From Promethearchaeota archaeon (GTDB taxonomy: Archaea; Asgardarchaeota; Lokiarchaeia; Sigyniarchaeales; SOKP01): a DNA stretch of 56,905 nt. The translations under genes were made by a program, and so were the position numbers. Under the pieces are notes generated by a model. That model did no database searches. It had not been told where the DNA came from and saw nothing but the letters and a program-made list of their open reading frames with translations. Below, one piece after another: positions 48,259 through 56,905 of the stretch (positions are counted from its first letter, which is position 1; each line of letters starts with the position of its first letter). The stretch is taken from assembly GCA_019058365.1 (NCBI GenBank), contig JAHPZE010000028.1, forward strand, positions 1 through 56,905, read 5' to 3'.

Positions 48259-48666
48259 TCAGTATGGGATAAGTTCAATACCCTCGATTTTTCCGAAATG
48301 TCTAACATTTTTAGTTATAATTTTATTTATGCCATTTGAAATCATAATACCTGTAATTAAGATATCATTGTCGTCGACGATTTGACCTTTAGACTCGAGA
48401 ATATCGTATATTTGTGCAGCTTTTTCAGCTTCTTTATATCCCAAAGGGAAGATTTCCATACTACTAATAAATTCCGACCATATTTTATAAAGTTCCCTAT
48501 ATCTTTTTTCGGAAATTTTTCTTTTTGTATGTTCTAAACCAATATTAATTTCATAAACTGTAATTGCTGTAATATGGACTAGATCTTCTTGTTTAGAAAT
48601 AATATTTTTAATTTCTTTATTACCATTTAAATATTCAATACATGCAGAAGTATCAAGAATTATCAT
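48259..48666 (-). CDS. vapC: VapC-family PIN toxin
   Basis: ILDTSACI, ITVYE, DNDILI, TKNVRHF. Confidence 0.9.
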   Translation of the reverse strand: MIILDTSACIEYLNGNKEIKNIISKQEDLVHITAITVYEINIGLEHTKRKISEKRYRELYKIWSEFISSMEIFPLGYKEAEKAAQIYDILESKGQIVDDNDILITGIMISNGINKIITKNVRHFGKIEGIELIPY

Positions 48667-48901
48667 TTACATCCTCTAATTCAGTCTTTTTCCAACTACG
48701 ACCAAGACGATTTGTGATACCATCCCAAATCTCACTTTTCTCTTTTTCTGAAAGATTCCATGCTCCAAAGCTTTTTTCCATGTTATTCTTTTGAATTCTT
48801 AACAATCTTAAGAAAAGTTCAGAAAAACTCTCATTTTCTCTCTTAATTTTCATTAGTTTCTTATACACTTCTTCAGTTATACTAATATTTTTAGAAGTCA
48901 T
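48653..48901 (-). CDS. vapB: VapB-family antitoxin (DUF217-like)
   Basis: KNISITEEVYKKL...ESFSELFLRLL...SFGAW; overlaps vapC; ATG at 48901. Confidence 0.85.
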   Translation of the reverse strand: MTSKNISITEEVYKKLMKIKRENESFSELFLRLLRIQKNNMEKSFGAWNLSEKEKSEIWDGITNRLGRSWKKTELEDVNDNS

Positions 48902-48933
48902 ATGTATACATATATACATACACATATTTAAAA
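48900..48933 (-). promoter_or_regulatory. TATA box and 14-bp palindrome at the vapB start (leaderless, autoregulatory operator candidate)
   Basis: ATATGTATACATAT perfect palindrome at 48900-48913; TTTTAAATA on the minus strand about 25 nt upstream of the ATG. Confidence 0.55.
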
Positions 48934-48963
48934 ATAATATGAAATAATAAATGTTATCTTATC

Positions 48964-49896
48964 CTAAAATTTTTCACGTAAAAATAACATAATTGCTTTT
49001 TGAATATGTAATCTATTTTCAGCTTGGTCAAAAACGATTGATTGAGGACCATCAATTACTTCTGTTGTTTGTTCATATTCTCTCATCGCAGGTAAGCAAT
49101 TCATAAAAATAGCGTCTGGTTTTGCAGCTTTCATAGTTGATGAATTAACTTGATAAGGCATGAAAGCTTTTTTCCGTTCTTCTTCCTGTTCCTGGGGTAT
49201 TCCATAACTCATCCAACTATCAGTATACACAATGTCTGAATCTCGAGCAGCTTCTTTAGCATCATGAACAACTTTTACTTCAGCACCAGTACCTCTAGAC
49301 AAATCTGAAATCTCCTCTAATACTATTTGTTCAGGTGAATATTCGGGAGCATTAGGGCAGGTAACATCCATTCTCCACCCTAATATTGCGCACATTCGCA
49401 TTAAATCATAAGTTACATTATTATGAGCATCCCCAAAGTAGGAGAGTTTCATGTTCTCTAAATTATTCTTTTTCTCTTTAATGGTCTGAAAATCTCCTAG
49501 AATTTGGCAGGGGTGTGCAAAATCATCCAGCATATTTATCACTGGAACATCGGCATATTTAGCGAGATCCCAGATATCTTGGCGTTTAAAAACACGAGCT
49601 GCAATAATATTTACAAATCTAGACGCAACCTTTGCTGTATCAGAAATGTTTTCCTTTTTACCTAAGGGAGAGTCTTTTATCGAATAAAAAATAGCATGTC
49701 CACCTAATTGTTGCATTCCAGTTTCGAAGGAAATGCGAGTTCTTAAAGAAGGTTTCTCAAATAACATTAATAATGTCTCTCCTTCTAATGTGGAAGTAAA
49801 TTTTTTAGGATTTTTCTTTAGCTCAATTGATTTATTAATGACCTTCTCACATTCTGCTTTTGAAAAATCAGAGACTTTTAGTAAATGTCGTATCAT
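48964..49896 (-). CDS. arcB: Ornithine carbamoyltransferase (likely catabolic)
   Basis: KPSLRTR, HPCQ, YTDSWMS, NCLP, QAENR; co-oriented upstream of carbamate kinase. Confidence 0.9.
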   Translation of the reverse strand: MIRHLLKVSDFSKAECEKVINKSIELKKNPKKFTSTLEGETLLMLFEKPSLRTRISFETGMQQLGGHAIFYSIKDSPLGKKENISDTAKVASRFVNIIAARVFKRQDIWDLAKYADVPVINMLDDFAHPCQILGDFQTIKEKKNNLENMKLSYFGDAHNNVTYDLMRMCAILGWRMDVTCPNAPEYSPEQIVLEEISDLSRGTGAEVKVVHDAKEAARDSDIVYTDSWMSYGIPQEQEEERKKAFMPYQVNSSTMKAAKPDAIFMNCLPAMREYEQTTEVIDGPQSIVFDQAENRLHIQKAIMLFLREKF

Positions 49897-49983
49897 TTTA
49901 ATTACTTTAGCATTTTTGATGTTAATTAAATAGTAAAAAGAAATCTTAGATATAAATCAGATAAGGTTATTTTTTAAAAATTT

Positions 49984-51150
49984 TTATTTCAATTCTTCTT
50001 CTACACCAAAATTACGAGTATAAGAAAGAGTTTCTAAAATCTCTTTATCCTTAGTGGTTAGCTTTTCTATCAAAATACGACTGAGAAGTTCTCCTAATCC
50101 AGGTCCTAGCATAAATCCTTGACCACACATCCCAACAGCATTGATATATCCTTCAATTTCATTTATCTTACCTAAAATTGGATTCCCATCAGGAGTCATC
50201 GGATATAAACCACGCCATGTTCTTCTTATCTTTATATTTCTTAAACGAGGTAGAAGGTGTATCATTCTTTTTGAAATCTGAGGTAAAAATAAACTTGTTT
50301 CGCGACGATCCGTTCCGGGAATATTCGGTTCAGGAGTTAAACAAAAAATAATTTTACCTTCTTTATTTTGATAGAAATAATAGTTTTTAGAGTTTCCAAA
50401 TTTAGGATCAAAACAAGGTCTAATGTCTACAATCATTGGCTTAAAGAAGTTTTTTACTGGTTCAGTTATTCCCGCTTCATGTGATTCTGGTTCTACTGTT
50501 GTATTTATACCAACCATATTACTAATTTCTTTAGCATGAGCACCTGCTGCATTAATAATTGATTGGGTTTTGTATTGACCTTTAGTCGTTTGTATACCAA
50601 TAACTTTATTATTTTGAGTTAAAATATCTATAACTTTTTCATTAAATTGATAAGAAGCACCTAAAGCTTTTGATCGTCGGAAAAAAGCATGTAATGACAA
50701 TAATGGAGAAGCATTACCATCTCCAGGACTATAAGTTCCGCCTAATAAATTATCTTCATTAATCCCTGGTATTAATTCTTTAATTTTTTCAGCATCAACA
50801 TAATTGATATTTAAGCCGTAGCTTTTCTGAAGATTTACAGTATCCTTTAACAAATTTTCGTGTTCTTTTGTATATGCTAAGAAGATATAACCCCCCTGAG
50901 ACCACCAAATATCATCTTCATATTTTTCTTCCCAAGAAGAGAAAATTTCTATTGATCTTTGGCACAACCAAATTTTTCCTTTATGAGAATGAGTAGCCCT
51001 AATACCACCAATAGCATGTTTATTATCTGCTTGTGCTACTGATGGCAATGAATCAATAATTAATGTTTTTAAACCATCATTAGCAGTTGCTAAAGCTGTA
51101 GGAACTCCAACACTACCCGCTCCAATAATAACTACATCATATTCGACCAT
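49984..51150 (-). CDS. FAD-dependent oxidoreductase, dye-linked proline dehydrogenase/sarcosine oxidase beta-subunit family
   Basis: IIGAGSVG, GGIR, NAAGAHA, RTWRGLYPMTPDG, GQGFMLGP. Confidence 0.85.
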   Translation of the reverse strand: MVEYDVVIIGAGSVGVPTALATANDGLKTLIIDSLPSVAQADNKHAIGGIRATHSHKGKIWLCQRSIEIFSSWEEKYEDDIWWSQGGYIFLAYTKEHENLLKDTVNLQKSYGLNINYVDAEKIKELIPGINEDNLLGGTYSPGDGNASPLLSLHAFFRRSKALGASYQFNEKVIDILTQNNKVIGIQTTKGQYKTQSIINAAGAHAKEISNMVGINTTVEPESHEAGITEPVKNFFKPMIVDIRPCFDPKFGNSKNYYFYQNKEGKIIFCLTPEPNIPGTDRRETSLFLPQISKRMIHLLPRLRNIKIRRTWRGLYPMTPDGNPILGKINEIEGYINAVGMCGQGFMLGPGLGELLSRILIEKLTTKDKEILETLSYTRNFGVEEELK

Positions 51151-53235
51151 CTAAAGCTTCTCCTTTTCATTTTTGATATTAGCAAATACTCCCATCGGAA
51201 CTTCTATAAATAAGGGTCGTTTTGTACAAGGTATAATCTCATCAAATGATATACCCTCCTCTCGGAATATTCTTTCAATTAGAGGAGTACAGGTTTTACC
51301 TCCACAAGCTCCCATTCCTACTTTAGTTAATGCTTTTAATTCATTGAAATCTCTCACACCAGAATGTATCCATTTTCTAATTTCACCTACTGACACACGT
51401 TCACATCTACAGACTATAGCCTCATCATCTATTAATGCTTTTTGATATAAATCAATTGGTTCATTGAATTTTGATTTATAAAGTTTAATTCCTACAGCTT
51501 TTTGTGCAATATTTGAAGGTAATTTAACGCTTATGAGTTGAGTTTTAGGAAATTCTTTTAATATTCTAGATCTATTAATTTCAAAAATTCCCAATTCTTT
51601 CTCATTACTTACCACGATAATTTTTTGTCCTTTTACTAACTTCTCATTACTAAGTTCAAATGGGAAGGTAACTAATGGATTATTCTTATCTTTTCGATAA
51701 TCTATTAATACAACTGCTAATCCAGGACAGACAGCAACACATTTTCCACATCCGATACATTCTTTTTCACCCTTAAAATATGGCAATTGGGTAATCAAAT
51801 TATCAAAAGTTACAATCTGCTCTTGATCACATACAGTAGTACACGGATTACAAGGAATTTCTTGGTTACAATAAAAAACAGGATAAACTCCTTCTTCTTT
51901 AAATTTAATTTCTGTTTCAATAGGTTGTGATGGTTTTGCTTTCAAAATTTCAGCAAATTCTTCTAACTCGCTTATATTTTCTGAGATATCAACTCCAATT
52001 TCCTTAAGAATCTTTAAAGCTTCAATTCTTCCAGTAAATATAGCAGCTGAAGCTTCTGCGATTTCTTGAGCATCACCTGCAATCCAAACTCTAAATCCAA
52101 ATTCTTTTGCTTTTTGATAAAATTCATCAACAGGATTTAGACCTACCGCAATTAAAATGGTATCACAGTTATAAGTTCTTTCAGTTCCAGAAATAATATT
52201 AAAATATTTATCAGTTTGACCAATAGTTATAGATTCAACATCTTTTTCACCATTGGCTGAAATGGTAGTATGGCTTGTATAAATAGGAACACCCAATCTT
52301 CTAAGTTTATCTTCATGGACTTTGTATCCACCACACTGAGATAAAGCTTCAATTAAACCAATAACTTCTATACCTGCTTGGATAGCATGATATCCCGCAA
52401 TAAGTCCTACATTACCTCCCCCAACTATGAATATTTTATCTGCAGCTTTTATTAAATCACGATTCACTAGAGTTTGAAAAGCTCCTGCTCCATAAACCCC
52501 TGGTAATGTATTTCCCGGAAAAACAAGCATTTTTTCTCTAGCTCCAGTAGCTATTAATAAATTTTTCGGTTTTATGAGTATATATTCTTCATTATTTTTC
52601 AAAACACCAACTAATCCGTCGCTAAATACTGCTAAACAGACAGTATTTAGCCAAATTTGAACATTCGATATGACTTCGACAGAATTTCCTATAATTTTAG
52701 CAATATCTATACCACGTTTACCAGCATATACATCCTCTTGAGAACCAAAAAATTTATGCGTTTGAAGGATTAATTTACCTCCAAGTTCAGCTTTATCATC
52801 AATTAAAATAACTTTTATATTATTTTCTCCTAAGATTTTTGTGGCGGATAGTCCGGCTGGACCCGCACCAATCACAAGTACTTCACAATCAACAATATCA
52901 GAATCTCCTACAGTTACCGGGGCATCATCAGGAGGTAATTCTGGTAATCCATTACAACTTTCTATTATCATACCCTCTTTAAGAGGGGTCATACATGCTT
53001 TTATCGGAATACCATTTACGATAACATTACATTGAGCACATTGCCCATTTGCGCAAAATATACCTTGTGGGCTATTATCTTTGACATGATGGCTAAAAAT
53101 CTTTATCTTATTTAGAAAAAGTGCAGAAGATATAACCATATTTTCAAATCCAATTAACTTTTTGCCATCAAAACTAAAAGTAATCTTTTTTCTTTCCGGA
53201 ATCTCTAAAATAGGATGTTTTATTATATTTTCCAT
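51151..53235 (-). CDS. Fused 2Fe-2S/FAD/4Fe-4S/BFD-like oxidoreductase, proline dehydrogenase/sarcosine oxidase alpha-like
   Basis: CANGQCAQC..C, GAGPAG, ATGARE, CNPCTTVC, CIGCGKCVAVCP, CRCE..CGGKTC. Confidence 0.85.
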   Translation of the reverse strand: MENIIKHPILEIPERKKITFSFDGKKLIGFENMVISSALFLNKIKIFSHHVKDNSPQGIFCANGQCAQCNVIVNGIPIKACMTPLKEGMIIESCNGLPELPPDDAPVTVGDSDIVDCEVLVIGAGPAGLSATKILGENNIKVILIDDKAELGGKLILQTHKFFGSQEDVYAGKRGIDIAKIIGNSVEVISNVQIWLNTVCLAVFSDGLVGVLKNNEEYILIKPKNLLIATGAREKMLVFPGNTLPGVYGAGAFQTLVNRDLIKAADKIFIVGGGNVGLIAGYHAIQAGIEVIGLIEALSQCGGYKVHEDKLRRLGVPIYTSHTTISANGEKDVESITIGQTDKYFNIISGTERTYNCDTILIAVGLNPVDEFYQKAKEFGFRVWIAGDAQEIAEASAAIFTGRIEALKILKEIGVDISENISELEEFAEILKAKPSQPIETEIKFKEEGVYPVFYCNQEIPCNPCTTVCDQEQIVTFDNLITQLPYFKGEKECIGCGKCVAVCPGLAVVLIDYRKDKNNPLVTFPFELSNEKLVKGQKIIVVSNEKELGIFEINRSRILKEFPKTQLISVKLPSNIAQKAVGIKLYKSKFNEPIDLYQKALIDDEAIVCRCERVSVGEIRKWIHSGVRDFNELKALTKVGMGACGGKTCTPLIERIFREEGISFDEIIPCTKRPLFIEVPMGVFANIKNEKEKL

Positions 53236-53272
53236 TTGTATCCTAATCTAAAATAATTAAGAATAAGATAAT

Positions 53273-55453
53273 TCATTGATGAGGTTTTATGAATTTTATG
53301 ACATCCTCATAGTTAATGCCTAACTCTTTAACTTTATCGATTGTCGGGCAACCCTTTTGATTCCATCCACGCTCTTTATAAACCGTATCTTGGAGTTTTG
53401 AATACTGTTTTTCCCGATGTTTTCGAAGAATACTTATCTTTTCTTTTGTAGTTTTATTAGAGATGTCAAAACCTAATTCTATAAGCTGTTTATCGTATCT
53501 CTCTTGACGACTTTCATATTCTAATGGTGTCACTGGCCCCATAGCTCTATATGGCAAGTTTGAGTCTCCTTCACGCAAACCCTGTCCTAACCTTATATTG
53601 AAAATTCTTTGGAAATTATATACTCTTTCAGACATTTCTATGAGATCATCTGGAGTTGAATTTCTTCCAGTAACAGCTGAAAAGTATTTAGCATACCATT
53701 CAACATGATAAGGTATCCTTGCTTGTAGAAGTTCTCCTGTCTTAAGATCTTTCACGGGGAGCTCCTTATTTTGAGGACCAATCGCATCGTTCCAGGGTAA
53801 CTTGCATAATCCACAAAGACTAAAGAACGTTCGCCAATAAGGGAACCAGCGGAGAGCTTTAGCCTTATCTTCAAAAGTTGGAATCGTATTTCTTACCATA
53901 TCTTCAAAAATTAACCAAGCTTCGTCATGTTGTGGTCCTTTGAGTGCTAAACCATATCCTCCTTGTTGAGCGAGAGATTCCTTTGTTATATATTCTGAAA
54001 ATTCTAATCCTTTATGTTCCATTCCAATATCGTGTAGAAATTGAGGATCACCACCATAGTTTTCGGCAAAATATTTTTTCATTTCTCTTATTCCCTTACC
54101 AACAATAACTCCAAATACTTCTCCTAGAGCCATTTGGTGTAATAATTCCACTGCAGCCTTAGCATTTCCAAAATTAAGCTCAAGTCCTCCCATTATTTCT
54201 TTATTTAATATCCCTTTCTCATAACATTCCATTACAAAACCAATTCCTGTTCCTACTGAAATTGTGTCTAATCCATATGTATCACAGTAGAAATTTACTT
54301 CAAGTACCCAATTTACATCCCAAACACCCCAATTGGAACCACATCCTGCGATAGTTTCATATTCAGGGCCATCAACTATTACCTCTTGACCTTTAAATGG
54401 ACCAGTCATGACTTTATGTCCTAGAGTATAATGTGAACAACTCATTGTGCAGCCAATCCAACAGCCATCTGTTCCTTCCTTAACATGATAAACTTTACGC
54501 ATCTCCTCACGATTATAAGGTATGCTTTTATCTTTGATCTCTTTATGAGAACCATACCTGAAATTTTCCGTTGGAAGAAGATCAACGACATTCATAATAT
54601 CTGGTAAATAGCCTGTCCCAACCCGCCGCATTTCATTCTGTGAAGGATCAATATCTACAATTTCTTTACTATGAATTCTTCCTAATTCTCGAGCAACCTC
54701 TAAATTTGCGGGATTATTTGATTTTATTGTTACTCTAGGAGAACGGCAAACTAAGGCTCTTATATGTTTATCAGAAAATACAGTTCCTATTCCTCCTCTC
54801 CCAGCTTGCTTAACAGATGCATACTTACGCGTTGTTGTATACCAAGAAAAATTAAGCATCCCCCATTTTGTATGTTTTGCAGCGGGACCACTGCTAACAA
54901 CTGAAATTTGTCTTTTTTCAGCATCATCTCGAGCAAATTTTTTTGTTAATTGTTGAGTGAGTTCATGCGAATATTCTGAAAGTCCATCTGAATCGCTAAC
55001 TGGGGAAATTTGGATTAAACCTTCTATCCCATCAATAAAGATTATCACTTCACTTTCAGCTTTTCCTTGAATCTCAATAGCATCAAATCCAGAAAATTTA
55101 AGATAAGGTCCAAAATAACCACCTACATTGCTATCCACGATTATACCTGTCAATGGAGAAATAGAAGTTACTATTGATTTACCCGAACCGGGATAAAATA
55201 TACTCCCTCCTAAAGGACCAGAAGATATACATATTTCATTTTCAGGATCATTCCATCTAATTATTCGATCTTTTGGGATAGAATTCCACATAAGCCATAA
55301 ATCAAAACCTTTACCACCAATGAATTTATTTTTCATTTCATCAGAAACTGGTTTTATAATAATCTCGTTTTTAGTAAGATCAATATATAAGGTTCTATTA
55401 GCATAACCCTTTTGAACTTCGTGAATTTCATATTTTTCTTGTGCTAAAATCAT
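53273..55453 (-). CDS. Tungsten aldehyde:ferredoxin oxidoreductase family
   Basis: SPLTG, QAGRGG, CWIGCTMSC, GPEYET, GLDTIS, CGLCK. Confidence 0.9.
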   Translation of the reverse strand: MILAQEKYEIHEVQKGYANRTLYIDLTKNEIIIKPVSDEMKNKFIGGKGFDLWLMWNSIPKDRIIRWNDPENEICISSGPLGGSIFYPGSGKSIVTSISPLTGIIVDSNVGGYFGPYLKFSGFDAIEIQGKAESEVIIFIDGIEGLIQISPVSDSDGLSEYSHELTQQLTKKFARDDAEKRQISVVSSGPAAKHTKWGMLNFSWYTTTRKYASVKQAGRGGIGTVFSDKHIRALVCRSPRVTIKSNNPANLEVARELGRIHSKEIVDIDPSQNEMRRVGTGYLPDIMNVVDLLPTENFRYGSHKEIKDKSIPYNREEMRKVYHVKEGTDGCWIGCTMSCSHYTLGHKVMTGPFKGQEVIVDGPEYETIAGCGSNWGVWDVNWVLEVNFYCDTYGLDTISVGTGIGFVMECYEKGILNKEIMGGLELNFGNAKAAVELLHQMALGEVFGVIVGKGIREMKKYFAENYGGDPQFLHDIGMEHKGLEFSEYITKESLAQQGGYGLALKGPQHDEAWLIFEDMVRNTIPTFEDKAKALRWFPYWRTFFSLCGLCKLPWNDAIGPQNKELPVKDLKTGELLQARIPYHVEWYAKYFSAVTGRNSTPDDLIEMSERVYNFQRIFNIRLGQGLREGDSNLPYRAMGPVTPLEYESRQERYDKQLIELGFDISNKTTKEKISILRKHREKQYSKLQDTVYKERGWNQKGCPTIDKVKELGINYEDVIKFIKPHQ

Positions 55454-55607
55454 AGGTTTTCATTCATTTAAGTTCTAATTATTAAATTTAAAACATGATT
55501 TTAAACTATGGATGATTTAATGAGACTTTAGAATTAAATATTATTTAAACGAATTTAAAAAGAAATTTAAATAAAAAAGAGTTAAAAAGCTCTTAAGTTG
55601 TTTTACT

Positions 55608-56186
55608 CTAAATAGGATTGTTATAAATCTTACTAACTAGCTCTTTTGCCCATTTACGAATCTCATCCCAATTTCTTGAATCGTAAACTCCTGGCTCTGT
55701 TTCTTTAAATCCTGCCGGAGCGAAATTTTCTTTTTCAGAATCTAAGATTTTTCTATAAATTTTACCCATCTGATTAAAATCCCAGATACCACCAAACATG
55801 GTCATCGAGATTGGATTCAAATCATATTTAGAAGCTTGATCTTCAAGATATTTTTTAGTAATTCTACTAATCTCATCATGTTCTCCTTTATATTCCATGA
55901 GTGCTCGGCCACCTGAAGATACAAAGATTGCCACTTTCTTATTCTTAAGCTCAGGGCTAAACTTGTTCAAAAATGCTTTAGCTTTACTCGTCCACATATT
56001 CATTTTTATTCCACTTCCAATAATAATAAGTTCATATTCTGTGATATCTTTGACCTTCTCTTTCTTGAGATTTACAACTTTTACCTCAAATCCTTCATCT
56101 CGAAGAACTTTAGCAAGTTCTTCTGCGGTACTTGTTGTTGCTCCATAACGAGTACCATATGCAATTAAAACTTTCTTTTTCTCCAT
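55608..56186 (-). CDS. Flavodoxin-domain protein (HemG/Flavodoxin_5-like)
   Basis: AYGTRYGAT, IIGSGI, FGG, DSRNWDEIRKWA. Confidence 0.85.
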   Translation of the reverse strand: MEKKKVLIAYGTRYGATTSTAEELAKVLRDEGFEVKVVNLKKEKVKDITEYELIIIGSGIKMNMWTSKAKAFLNKFSPELKNKKVAIFVSSGGRALMEYKGEHDEISRITKKYLEDQASKYDLNPISMTMFGGIWDFNQMGKIYRKILDSEKENFAPAGFKETEPGVYDSRNWDEIRKWAKELVSKIYNNPI

Positions 56187-56292
56187 TTTTATTCTTTCTT
56201 ATAATAATATTATATATTAAGAAAATCAAAGTTACTACTTATAAAAATTGGACTAAATAATTTTTATTAACAAATTTAATTATTCAAATATT

Positions 56293-56799
56293 ATGCCTGC
56301 TTTAGCTCATATTGGAATAGGTTTGGCAATAAAGCGATTTGCTCCTCAAATACCGCTCTGAGCTCTATTAATAAGTGCCATGTTCATTGATCTCTTGTCT
56401 TTTATTTTTCTATCTGCATTATGGATTTCACATGGGCTCTTTATGTCAGTAATTTGGACTATTATTGCTATGATAATAACAACTTTCATTACAATGCGCC
56501 TAAATTCTAAGAAAGAACAGGAAAAAACAATCAAATCATTAAGTTGGAGTATGATAGACATAAATACTACATTGATTATTGGACTTCTTGTTTTTAGCCA
56601 CTGGGTTTTAGACTTCATTGGATGGCCAATGAGTGCTATAAATCCCTATGCAACTGGAGTACCACTTCTTTTTGATGATGCCGTAAACATAGGACTTGGA
56701 GTATATCGTACTTGGATTGGAGCTTTATCAATGGATTTGGGAGTTTTCTTCGTAGGACTCGGGCTTTATATCTATTATATGAAAAGGATAAAAAAATAA
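56293..56799 (+). pseudogene. Membrane-bound metal-dependent hydrolase-like gene interrupted by an in-frame TGA at codon 23
   Basis: MPALAHIGIGLAIKRFAPQIPL*ALLISAMFIDLL...WISHG...SHWVLD; TGA at 56359-56361 is in frame with ORF 56380. Confidence 0.7.
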
Positions 56800-56905
56800 A
56801 CTAAATTCAAAAAATTGAGTCCTATAAAATATCAATACCTTCTTTTTTTCCATTCAGTATCTAATGAAGTATTTATTTATCTTTAATTTTTTATTTTTTT
56901 TATTC

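Noticed and set aside
56359-56361. Selenocysteine or genome-wide TGA=Trp recoding
   Set aside because: TGA ends several intact genes here (e.g. at 160, 2361, 7454, 35626); no Cys-type context or SECIS visible

Overview
AT-rich, gene-dense archaeal DNA, most consistent with an Asgard archaeon of the Lokiarchaeia. Clues are GGTGA/GGAG Shine-Dalgarno sites or leaderless starts, tungsten AORs, UPF0175/DUF3368 and VapBC pairs, a Loki-CTERM-like anchored surface protein, and longin-like and PCI-like domains. The taxonomy is inferred, not searched. There are three blocks. (1) 0.1-20.5 kb is mixed metabolism: TA pair, methyltransferases, orphan HypB, Fe-ADH/AOR/3-hydroxyacyl-CoA dehydrogenase, a corrinoid/UROD-like pair, a KDSR-like SDR and a coiled-coil protein. 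(2) 20.7-34.2 kb is a candidate surface-sensing and nucleotide-signalling locus: a 2604-aa repeat surface protein, a 4TM-PCI-helical repeat-TIR protein that keeps the catalytic Glu, an unannotated 58-aa double desulforedoxin-like protein, and a RelA/SpoT-like NTase-TPR-SLOG-longin-like fusion. (3) 34.3-55.5 kb is basic amino acid fermentation: a lysine pathway (kat-like, kce, kdd, kamA, kamB, kamD, kamE; no kal or kamC), an EamA-RAM fusion plus a stand-alone RAM protein, rocD with a duplicated promoter remnant, carbamate kinase, a metamonad-type OTC, a proline-dehydrogenase-like pair and an AOR. The last gene has an in-frame TGA at a probable Trp position. I saw no rRNA, tRNA, CRISPR array, integrase or transposase. 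All domain calls are by motif recognition and need HMM or structure confirmation.
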